Position numbers and translations under genes: made by a program. A stretch of DNA of 64,000 bases, taken from NCBI GenBank assembly GCA_963664465.2, contig CAXXSU010000009.1, positions 2,017 through 66,016 on the forward strand, read 5' to 3'. Origin of the DNA: Alphaproteobacteria bacterium (lineage in GTDB: Bacteria > Pseudomonadota > Alphaproteobacteria > UBA8366 > CAVOAK01). Each line of letters opens with the position of its first letter. The first letter of the stretch is position 1. Below, one piece after another: positions 7,268 through 15,775 of this stretch. The notes below the pieces were generated by a model. That model did no database searches, had not been told where the DNA came from, and saw only the letters and a program-made list of their open reading frames with translations.

Positions 7268-10076
7268 ATGAGCAAGACTTCCAGCAAACCCCGGCATGTC
7301 TTTCTCGTCGACGGCTCAGGCTTCATATTCCGGGCCTTCCACGCCTTGCCGCCGATGACGCGGCCGGACGGGACGCCGGTCAACGCCGTCTACGGCTTTT
7401 GCAACATGCTGATGAAGCTGCTGCGGGATACCGATGCGGACCATATCGCCGTCATTTTTGACTCAGCGCGCAAGACCTTTCGTAACGATATATATCCGGA
7501 ATACAAGGCGCAGCGTCCACCGCCGCCGGAAGAGCTTATTCCGCAATTTCAGCTCTGCCGCGATGCGGTCGAAGCGTTCAACGTCCCGGCCGTGGACTTA
7601 CCCGGATATGAAGCCGATGACCTGATTGCGACCTACACCCGCCAAGCCCGCGAAGTTGGCGCCGAGGTAACGGTCGTCTCCTCCGACAAGGATTTGATGC
7701 AGCTGGTCGAGGACAAGGTTGTTCTCTTTGACGCCATGCGAAACCGCGAGCTCGGTCTCGACGCCGTGTTGGAGAAATTCGGCGTCGGCCCTGACAAGGT
7801 CGTCGAGGTTCAGGCGCTGGCCGGCGATTCCGTCGACAACGTGCCGGGGGTTCCCGGTATTGGGGTCAAGACGGCGGCGCTGCTCATTGCGGAATACGGC
7901 GATCTCGAGGGCCTGCTCGAACATGCCGAGGAGATTAAGCAGCCCAAACGCCGCGAGGCGTTGATAGCAAACGCGGATTTGGCGCGCGTTAGCCGCGAAC
8001 TTGTGCTGCTCAAGAATGATGTGCCGGTTGAACGTGCGCTCGACAGCTTTGCAGTCCGCGAGCCGGATGTGAATGTGCTGGCTAAGTTTCTCAGGGATCA
8101 GGGCTTCAAGTCGATTGTCGCCAGGGTCGAGAGCCAACTTGGAGGGGCTGCCGACCTACCGAGCGCAAAGAGCGATCCGGAAAAGACAGGCGGCGAACCG
8201 GTGTACGAGTTGGTACAGGACGAGGAGACACTCGCGCGCTGGGTCGACGCGGCCACCAAGGCGGGCCTGGTCGCGTTCGACACCGAAACCACATCGCTCG
8301 ACGCCATGCGGGCCGATCTTGTCGGTTTTTCGTTGAGCGTTGAGTCCGCCAGCGCCTGCTATGTCCCAGTTGCGCACAAGCCGCCCAAGACACAGGCATC
8401 GCTGGACCTCGGTGATGGCGGCGCGGCCGCTGGCGACGGCGAATCGGATGGTGTTCCGCAGCAAATCGCTTTGGAGCGAGCCGTCGAATTGCTCAAGCCG
8501 ATGCTCGAGAATCCAAGCATCCTCAAAGTTGGGCATAACATCAAGTACGACGCGATGGTATTGGCGCGCTACGGCGTCGAGATCGCTCCGGTCGATGACA
8601 CGCTGGTATTATCGCATGTGCTGGATGCGGGGCTTCACGGCCACGGCATGGACGAGCTCGCCACCCTTCATCTCGACCACACCAATATCAAATTTTCCGA
8701 GGTCGCCGGCAGCGGTCGCAAACAGGTAACGTTCGACTATGTGCCGCTGGAGGCTGCGCTTGACTACGCCGCCGAAGGATGCAAGCGTCACGCTGCGCCT
8801 CCATGAGCTCCTGAAACCCCGGCTGTTGGCCGAGCACATGGTCACGGTATACGAGACCGTCGAGCGGCCATTGATTCCGGTGCTGCTGGCGATGGAGCGG
8901 GCTGGCGTGCTCGTCGATCCGAAGTTCCTGCGCGAGCTTAGCAGCGACTTCGCCAAGCGCCTGGGTGAACTCGAGATCGCGATTCACAAACTCGCGGGCG
9001 AGGAGTTCAATATTGCCTCGCCCAAGCAGCTCGGCGAGATCTTGTTCGACAAAATGGGATTCTCTGGCGGCAAGAAGGGTAAGACGGGCGCCTACGGCAC
9101 GGGCGCTGATGTTCTGGAGGGATTGGCCGCGGGAGGTCATGAATTGCCGGCCCGTGTGCTCGAGTGGCGTCAACTTGCAAAACTCAAGAGCACCTACACC
9201 GACACGTTAACCGAACAGATCAACCCTGATACCGGGCGCGTTCACACGTCCTATGCGATGGCCGGCGCTTCGACCGGCCGGCTCGCCTCGACCGATCCTA
9301 ATCTGCAGAACATTCCGATCCGCACGGAAGAGGGCCGCAAAATTCGCGAGGCGTTCGTTGCCAAGAAGGGCGCCCGCTTGGTGTCGCTGGATTACAGCCA
9401 GATCGAACTCCGCGTGCTGGCCCACATGGCCGGAATTGACGCGCTGATTGAAGCCTTCCGGAACGGCGCGGATATCCACGCGATGACCGCCAGCCAAGTG
9501 TTCAATCTGCCAATCGAAGGCATGGACCCGATGACGCGTCGCCGGGCCAAGGCCATCAATTTCGGTATCATCTATGGCATCAGCCCGTTTGGTTTGGCGC
9601 GTCAGCTCAGCATCCCGCAGGGCGAAGCCAAGGCATACATCGAAGCCTACTTTGAGCGCTACCCGGGGATCCGGGACTATATGGAGGACATCCGCTCCAG
9701 TGCGCGCAAAACTGGTTATGTGACGACGCTGTTTGGCCGCCACGTCCATGTCGCGGGCATCAACGAGCGCAACCCTGCTCATCGCGGGTTTGCCGAACGG
9801 CAAGCCATCAACGCGCCAATTCAGGGCAGTGCCGCCGACATCATAAAGCGCGCCATGATCCGTGTTCCAGGAGCGCTGAACAATGCAGGGCTCATGGCAA
9901 CAATGCTCCTGCAGGTCCATGATGAGCTCTTGTTTGAGGTCCCCACGGCGGAGGTTGACGAAACGATCGCCATCGTCGGCAAGACCATGGAGGGTGCGGC
10001 AGGACCGTCGATCGAACTTACGGTTCCGCTCGTCGTCGAAGCTGGCGTCGGCAAGAACTGGGCTGAGGCGCACTAG
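7268..10076 (+). pseudogene. polA: DNA polymerase I, split into two frames as assembled
   Basis: ORF 7193-8806 carries the 5' nuclease (HVFLVDGSGFIFRAFHAL) and the 3'-5' exo domain. ORF 8739-10076 carries the polymerase domain (RRRAKAINFGIIYG, QVHDELLFE). The junction is ...LDYAAE then G GAT GCA AGC GTC (DASVTLRLHELL). One extra G at 8777/8778 shifts the frame. Confidence 0.9.
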
Positions 10077-10134
10077 TTTGCGACGGCACGACCTGATGCT
10101 AAGACACGAATAAACCGCGCTTCATATCGCTACC

Positions 10135-11202
10135 ATGTTTATCGATCATGACAAGCTGCGCGAAATCGTTTCCGCGATCGTTGCGAAAGCTGGTAGCGGA
10201 TCAGAGGAGGCGTGCGCCGTCGCCGACGGGTTGGTCGAGGCCAACCTTGCCGGTCACGACAGCCACGGTGTCGTCCTGCTGCAGGGCTATGTGGAATCGA
10301 TTCGGGAATCGGGTCTGCATCCGAATCAGCACGCAAAGATCGTCGTCGACAACGGCTCCAGCATTGTTGTCGATGGACAGCGGGGCTACGGACAGGTGAT
10401 CGCCGGTGAGGCGATGGAATTTGGCATCGAGCGTGCTCGTGAACACGGACTGGCGCTGGTAGCGCTCCGCAATACCCACCATATCGGCCGCGTCGGACAA
10501 TGGGCCGAGCAAGCGTCGGCTGCGGGCATGGTTTCCGTTCACTTCGTCAACGGTACCGAACGCCCATCGACTGTCGCGCCGTTTCGTGGCTCAGACGGTC
10601 GGTTTTCGACCAACCCCTTCGTTTGCGCCTTCCCGGCGAGGAACGGCAAACCGATCGTCCTCGACATGGCGACTTCGGGCGTGGCGCACGGCAAGATTCG
10701 CGTCGCTCGGAACAAAGGGGAGGAAGTTGCCCCTGGCCTGTTAATCGACGCTCAGGGGCAGCCAACGACCGATCCGAACGTGTTGTTTGACGAAGTCGAC
10801 CGCGGCTCGTTGCTCCCGATGGGCCTCCACAAGGGCTACGGTCTTGCGGTGATCTGCGAACTCATGGCTGGCGCGCTAACCGACGGCGGCGTCCAACATG
10901 AAGGTATGAAAATCACCAACACCATCATGAACAACATGCTGGTGATCATCATCGATCCAGCGCAACTCGTCAATGTCAATGCGTTCCAGCATCACGTCGA
11001 GGCGTTCGTTACCTGGGTTAAGGAGTCGCCGCCGGCGGAGCCGGACTTGCCCGTTTTGGTGCCCGGCGACCCGGAGCGGCAAATGCGAACGGAGCGGCGT
11101 GCGCACGGCATTCCGCTAGACGAGAACACCTGGCAGCAGATCCTCGCCGCCGGCGAGCATGTGGGGTTGGAGCGTGAAACTGTCACAGCGATGGCGGATT
11201 GA
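10135..11202 (+). CDS. Ldh2-family (malate/L-lactate/ureidoglycolate dehydrogenase type 2) oxidoreductase
   Basis: 355 aa with GHDSHGV...NTHHIGRVG...GKIRVARNKG, which is typical of the Ldh_2 family. Confidence 0.8.
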   Translation: MFIDHDKLREIVSAIVAKAGSGSEEACAVADGLVEANLAGHDSHGVVLLQGYVESIRESGLHPNQHAKIVVDNGSSIVVDGQRGYGQVIAGEAMEFGIERAREHGLALVALRNTHHIGRVGQWAEQASAAGMVSVHFVNGTERPSTVAPFRGSDGRFSTNPFVCAFPARNGKPIVLDMATSGVAHGKIRVARNKGEEVAPGLLIDAQGQPTTDPNVLFDEVDRGSLLPMGLHKGYGLAVICELMAGALTDGGVQHEGMKITNTIMNNMLVIIIDPAQLVNVNAFQHHVEAFVTWVKESPPAEPDLPVLVPGDPERQMRTERRAHGIPLDENTWQQILAAGEHVGLERETVTAMAD

Positions 11203-11242
11203 GCGCAACGGTTACGCCGAATAAATCCGGGAGACAAAAGCC

Positions 11243-11863
11243 ATGTTGAAAATTTGGGGTCGGCCGAACTCGATCAATGTGCAGAAAGTGTTGTGGTGCG
11301 CGACCGAGCTTGGCCTCGAATTTGAACGCACCGACGCTGGGGGGCCGTTCGGCGGTACCGATACGCCAGAATACCGGGCCATGAATCCGATGGGTCTGAT
11401 CCCGACAATCGATGACGATGGTGTGATTCTTTGGGAATCTCACAGCTGCGTGCGTTATCTCACCGCAAAACATGATGCTGGCGGACTCTGGCCGACCGAT
11501 GTGGCGATTCGCGCGGAGGCGGATAAGTGGATGGATTGGATTCTCAGCGCCGTCAATCCGTCCATGACCGTCGTGTTCAGAGGTCTCATCCGGACGCCGG
11601 AGGCCGAGCGCGATATGGCGGCGATCGAAGCGGCGAAAGGTGAAATGAAGCGACTTTGGGCCATCGTCGAGCAACGGCTCGCGGGCCGGGACTATCTGGC
11701 ATCCGAGCGGCTTACGATCGCCGATCTTGTCGTCGGACCCTACGCCTACCGCTGGTTCGGGCTATTCGGGGACGACCCAGCCATGTCCAATATTGGGGCC
11801 TGGTATGAGCGTCTCGGGCTCCAGCAAGGGTTCCGCCAGCACGTCATGCAGCCATTGACCTAG
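11243..11863 (+). CDS. glutathione S-transferase
   Basis: 206 aa. It has an N-terminal thioredoxin-like GST fold (KIWGRPNSINVQKVLW...MNPMGLIPTIDD...LWESHSCVRYL). Confidence 0.85.
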   Translation: MLKIWGRPNSINVQKVLWCATELGLEFERTDAGGPFGGTDTPEYRAMNPMGLIPTIDDDGVILWESHSCVRYLTAKHDAGGLWPTDVAIRAEADKWMDWILSAVNPSMTVVFRGLIRTPEAERDMAAIEAAKGEMKRLWAIVEQRLAGRDYLASERLTIADLVVGPYAYRWFGLFGDDPAMSNIGAWYERLGLQQGFRQHVMQPLT

Positions 11864-11894
11864 TGTCCGACCGGTGGGCCAGCGACAGAGGTGT

Positions 11895-12659
11895 CTAGAG
11901 AAAGCCTTGATAGCGCTTTGGCACCACGGCGCGGTAAAGCATGTCGATACAGCCGATATAGTCGAACACTGGAAGCCCGGTTGCCTGCTGAATATCGCTG
12001 GAAAAGGGCGAGAGGTTGGTGCACTCCACGAGCACTGCGCCAATTGACGATTCGTCCTTGATTGCCGCCCTTACCGCATCCACAGCGTCGTCGCGCAAGC
12101 GGTCGACATCCATTGCAAGTGACTTGCCGTCCATGTGCGAGGCATTGAATTCTTCTGAACCATCGAGGCCGGCCAGCACAACCGGCATATCCTTGGTGAC
12201 CCCAACCGCCTCGAAGAATTCCCACGACAACTGACTTTTTGAAGCGGTCAACACGCAGACACTCTTATTCTCCCCCAACATCTGCAGGATCGAGGGAATC
12301 ATCATTAGCGGCGAAGAAAATACCGGGATCTCGACGGATTCGGCCAAGACATCCTGAATTAAGGAAAAAAAGCCGCAGCACGTGACGACGGCCCGCACTC
12401 CGTCGGCAGCCATGTCCTTTACGGCTTGGACGACAATCTCGACTTCCGGTTTTAGCGCCCCGTCATCAGTCCGAATCGGCGGAAAGGGGTTGACGCTAAT
12501 ACCCGGAATCACCTTCATCCGCACCGGGAAGTCGAAGGAGCAGGCATTGCCTACGTCACCCGGAGGCATTGCCTACGTCACCCGGGGGTAGCGTTTGCCG
12601 TCAAACATCAGTATGCCGATCGCTTCCCCATAGTGCGGCTTGCCGCCGAGTACTTTCAT
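11895..12659 (-). pseudogene. Asp/Glu/hydantoin-racemase-like family gene with an in-frame TAG inside a 22-bp tandem duplication
   Basis: ATG 12659 gives MKVLGGKPHYGEAIGILMFDGKRYPRVT, then TAG (12575-12573). The same frame restarts at ATG 12569 as MPPGDVGNACSFDFPV...VVTCCGFFSL...VECTNLSPF. The family call is from memory. Confidence 0.65.
12542..12585. repeat. perfect 22-bp tandem duplication (AGGCATTGCCTACGTCACCCGG x2)
   Basis: Read directly: copy 1 is 12542-12563 and copy 2 is 12564-12585. Confidence 0.95.
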
Positions 12660-12844
12660 TCTGCTCTCGCTTTTTCTAACGGCTGGGTTACTGGATTACG
12701 CACCATACGACGTATGCAGTGGGTTCGCAGTATCCCAAGGTGACTATTTGCTGCGTCGAATGACCTGCTGGTTTGTCTCAGGGTGTCCTTCAAGACAGCT
12801 TTGTGATTGGGATGTGGCAACAAGAAACCCATGGCGCCACGAAA

Positions 12845-12868
12845 ACCGGCCGCCCAAAGGCGGCCGGT
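12845..12868 (-). terminator. strong GC hairpin, terminator-like on the minus strand
   Basis: ACCGGCCGCC-CAAA-GGCGGCCGGT is a 10-bp perfect stem. On the minus strand it is followed by TTTCGTGG. No convincing gene lies upstream of it on that strand. Confidence 0.35.
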
Positions 12869-13154
12869 CTGGTCGTCATCGACGTCTGTCTGTTTCTTTG
12901 TCAAATACGGGTTGCTTTAGATATCTCCCAGCCGTCTGTCTTGAACCAAATGTCGAAGCGCGATTGCAACCAGCCGTCTTCCTGACGTTGGACAATCCTT
13001 CTCTTGATTGAAAATTGGCAGCGGAGACGATTGCCGAATGCCCGGCTCGCGGCGGATGTCAGCGGACTTCGTCGGCAATGCGAGAGCCTTGACGACTTGA
13101 TTGAACGGGGACCTCGTCTGATACTGCAAGCCAATCAACGAAGGTACTTCGAGG

Positions 13155-13469
13155 ATGCGACGTCACCACGATATGGGGGGACTTGATGGTGGGCCTGTAG
13201 ACCCACACGGGCACGACCCCGAACCTTGGGAAAAGCGCGTTAACGCGATTACCCGGTTGCTGGGAGACGACAAACGAAGCCTGCTCCGCGTTGATGAATT
13301 GCGCCGAGCAATCGAAGATATGGCGCCCGAGGAATACGATGCTGCCGGCTACTATGGGCGCTGGGCTGCTGCGATGGCCGCGCTTATGATCGAGAAAGGT
13401 GTCGTCACAATCGATGAGTTGCGCGCGAAACTGGCGGAGCTGCAGCCCGAGGATCAGGAGCATGACTAG
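13155..13469 (+). CDS. nitrile hydratase beta subunit, N-terminal-half homologue (separate ORF)
   Basis: 104 aa, MRRHHDMGGLDGGPVDP...PWEKRVNAI...ELRRAIEDMAPEEYDAAGYYGRWAAAMAALMIEKG. This matches the N-terminal helical part of NHase beta. Confidence 0.75.
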   Translation: MRRHHDMGGLDGGPVDPHGHDPEPWEKRVNAITRLLGDDKRSLLRVDELRRAIEDMAPEEYDAAGYYGRWAAAMAALMIEKGVVTIDELRAKLAELQPEDQEHD

Positions 13470-13751
13470 ATGACGGGATTCTCGATAGGTGAGCAGGTGC
13501 GTGTTCGCCGCGGCGATCCGCCGGGCCATATTCGCACGCCCTATTACGCACGCGGCAAGGAAGGCACCGTTGAACGCATTTGCGGTTGCTTCCGCAACCC
13601 GGAAGAACTCGCCTACGGGCGCTTGGACGGGTCAATGGAAACCCTATACCGTGTGCGCTTCAATCAACGCGCCTTGTGGCCGGACTATCGGGGCCAGTCC
13701 ACCGATACGGTCGATATCGAGATATTCGAGCATTGGCTCGAGCAGGTGTAG
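13470..13751 (+). CDS. nitrile hydratase beta subunit, C-terminal (SH3-like) half homologue (separate ORF)
   Basis: 93 aa, FSIGEQVRVRRGDPPGHIRTPYYARGKEGTVERI...YRVRF...LW. Its ATG directly follows the TAG of the previous ORF (same frame), with GGAG 9 nt upstream. Confidence 0.75.
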   Translation: MTGFSIGEQVRVRRGDPPGHIRTPYYARGKEGTVERICGCFRNPEELAYGRLDGSMETLYRVRFNQRALWPDYRGQSTDTVDIEIFEHWLEQV

Positions 13752-13777
13752 GCTATCGTTTCCCAAGGAATGCAGGC

Positions 13778-14392
13778 ATGAGCGAACATCACGATCACGC
13801 ACCGCCGCCGGATGTGGATGGGCCGCTGACCTACCATCAAAAGCTTGCGCAAGCGCTTGAAATCCTGCTCGTGGAGAAAGGCGTATTTTCCGCCAACGAG
13901 ATGCGAACCGCGATCGAAGAGTTGGATGCACGCGACCCAGCGGACGGTGCAAAATTGGTCGCCAGGGCTTGGATGGACGGGGATTTCAAGGCGCTTCTCC
14001 TTAGCGACACCAAATCTGCGGCGGCCGAATTCGGCATTGATACCGGTGATGTCAACATCGTGGTGATGGAGAACACACCGGCTATTCACAACCTCATCGT
14101 TTGCACATTGTGTTCCTGCTATCCGCGAACGCTGATCGGCCTGCCACCCGACTGGTACAAGTCGCAGAATTACCGCCGCCGGGCCGTCCGTGAACCACGC
14201 GCCGTCATAGCTGAATTTGGTACCGTCATACCTGATGACGTGGAGGTCCGTGTCCACGACAGCACGGCCGATCTGCGCTACATGGTGCTACCGATGCGGC
14301 CGGATGGAAGCGACGGCATGGACGAGGAAGCATTGGCGGCGCTTGTCACCCGCGATTGTTTGGTCGGAGTCACCAATCCGACGGTGCCGTAA
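13778..14392 (+). CDS. nitrile hydratase alpha subunit, cobalt-type metal site
   Basis: MSEHHDHAPPP...VVMENTPAIHNLIVCTLCSCYPRTLIGLPPDWYKSQNYRRRAVREPR. The CTLCSCY claw is the cobalt-type signature. The start is set at ATG 13778 (AAGGAA 7 nt upstream) rather than the ORF-track start 13580. Confidence 0.85.
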   Translation: MSEHHDHAPPPDVDGPLTYHQKLAQALEILLVEKGVFSANEMRTAIEELDARDPADGAKLVARAWMDGDFKALLLSDTKSAAAEFGIDTGDVNIVVMENTPAIHNLIVCTLCSCYPRTLIGLPPDWYKSQNYRRRAVREPRAVIAEFGTVIPDDVEVRVHDSTADLRYMVLPMRPDGSDGMDEEALAALVTRDCLVGVTNPTVP

Positions 14393-14451
14393 ATCTGAAT
14401 GTTGATGACCGCAGGATTCGCTAGGACCATGCGCCCAAGTTGGAATTGCCA

Positions 14452-15048
14452 ATGATCCACAGGCGTTACCTCACGCTGCTTTTGATTTTCATCGCGGCGT
14501 TGGGAGGATGTTATTTCCCGTCCGATTACGAGGCAGACCTGAGTATCGAGGCAGACGGGAAATACGCGTTTCGCTATGTCGGCGAGTTGTCTTACCTACC
14601 GTTGCTGCAAAAACTTTCCGATGAGGACGTTTCGGCTGAGGAGATTCAGGTGCTGGTGGAGGCGGCGCGTGAGGATCTCGCCCGCGACAAATCGTTCCAG
14701 GAAATCACCTTTGTTCGGGGCGCAAAGTTCCGTGTGCGCTACGAGCGACAGGGCGATATCCTTGATGAGAAGTCCTTCAACTTCGTGCGCTTCAACTCGC
14801 GCTTCTTTTCAATGCACCGGCTCGAGGACGGTACGGTGAAGATCGTGGGCAACCGACCGCCGCAGAGTTACGTTCCCCAACTCAACAAGATGGGGCTTCG
14901 CCCAAACGGCATTTTCCGGGTTTGGACGAGCGCCAACGCGGTTGATAACAATGCGGATGCTGTCGAAGGTGAGGCGAAGCGGGTCTACGCATGGATCCTT
15001 GCGGATTTGACGCAGCAGCCACCTTATCTGGTCTTGCAAATCCCCTAA
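14452..15048 (+). CDS. hypothetical lipoprotein
   Basis: MIHRRYLTLLLIFIAALGGCYFPS has a lipobox (LGGC). No family recognised. Confidence 0.55.
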   Translation: MIHRRYLTLLLIFIAALGGCYFPSDYEADLSIEADGKYAFRYVGELSYLPLLQKLSDEDVSAEEIQVLVEAAREDLARDKSFQEITFVRGAKFRVRYERQGDILDEKSFNFVRFNSRFFSMHRLEDGTVKIVGNRPPQSYVPQLNKMGLRPNGIFRVWTSANAVDNNADAVEGEAKRVYAWILADLTQQPPYLVLQIP

Positions 15049-15128
15049 CGGGGTTTGCCGCCTCCCCTGGTTGTGGCCCAGCTAGAACCGAGGCCACAGG
15101 CCGGCTTGCGGGTCCGCTTTGTCTTCGC

Positions 15129-15427
15129 TTATTGATTCGCCACAGCGAGTGCCGTGCGTTCTGCGAACCAGGCATAGAGATGTCCACACAGGCCGCCGAG
15201 GACAATCCAAATCAGGGCGGCGGTTACCAGCGATGCGACGGCGAACTGGGCAGCAAGCTCTGCTGGCACAACGCTTGTCGATGTTGCAGGGTGGGGGCGC
15301 CGATAATGTGCGGTAGCGCGATCAGCACAGCGCCGGCAAGCCGTGCCCAAAGTTGCCGTTGCAGGACCGCCAAGCCCAGGCCGCTGCGGGTTGCAATACC
15401 GTAACCAAGTGACTGACTGCGTGACAT
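15129..15427 (-). pseudogene. CbtA-like (putative cobalt transporter subunit) C-terminal remnant, frameshifted
   Basis: ATG 15427 (GGAAGGTG upstream) gives MSRSQSLGYGIATRSGLGLAVLQRQLWARLAGAVLIALPHIIGAP. The frame then changes at the G5/C5 run 15293-15297 to HPATSTSVVPAELAAQFAVASLVTAALIWIVLGGLCGHLYAWF...stop at 15129. The PH(I/L)xGAPxP...vP.eLa.qF...W..LG pattern matches my memory of the CbtA C-terminus. Only about 100 of about 230 aa are present. Confidence 0.45.
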
Positions 15428-15494
15428 TTCACCTTCCGTGCCCGTCATGCAACATGTTGCTCCCTCGCTACACCGCATTTGATGGCGCACAAGG

Positions 15495-15660
15495 GCGGTG
15501 GCAGGTCTCCTGGCTTGCGGACCTAAACTACTGTCCAGACCTTCCCAGGGGGTCGTCCCGGTGCCGCGATGGACAGTCGTTTCCGCTCACAGTTGCGGGG
15601 GCAGTCGCGGAATGGGCCAAGCCACTTTAATCTATTGCACTTTTAGCTAGGCTGCACCGC
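15495..15660 (-). promoter_or_regulatory. cobalamin (B12) riboswitch
   Basis: The minus strand has ACTGCCCCCGCAACTGT (15604-15589), GCACCGGG...CTGGGAAGG and the B12 box AGCCAGGAGACCTGCC (15515-15500). Closing helix candidates are GCGGTGCAG...CTGC(C)ACCGC. It lies about 70 nt upstream of the cbtA-like ATG. Confidence 0.75.
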
Positions 15661-15775
15661 GATCCCACTTGATCTCAAACCGAGAAAACCACCGTCGCGG
15701 GCAAGCATGCGGGCCGTGTAAGCCATGGTCAACGGTCAACCGTGCTGCCGTTATTCGTCCTACGCGGCGGACAGG

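Noticed and set aside
12640-13138. Several 60-123-aa ORFs in the spacer upstream of the NHase genes
   Set aside because: They have TTG starts, no RBS and low-complexity Arg/Ser/Cys-rich translations. They overlap each other in different frames, and one contains the GC hairpin. I treat the region as non-coding.
13580-13777. N-terminal 66-aa extension of the NHase alpha ORF in the ORF track
   Set aside because: The extension overlaps the beta C-half ORF in another frame and is Arg/Pro-rich. The ATG at 13778 has an AAGGAA RBS and gives a normal-length alpha subunit.
15428-15494. Search for a CbtB gene between the riboswitch and the cbtA-like ORF
   Set aside because: Only an 8-codon ORF (MLHDGHGR) and the spurious extension MRHQMRCSEGATCCMTGTEGE are present. 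Nothing resembles the ~60-aa His-rich CbtB.
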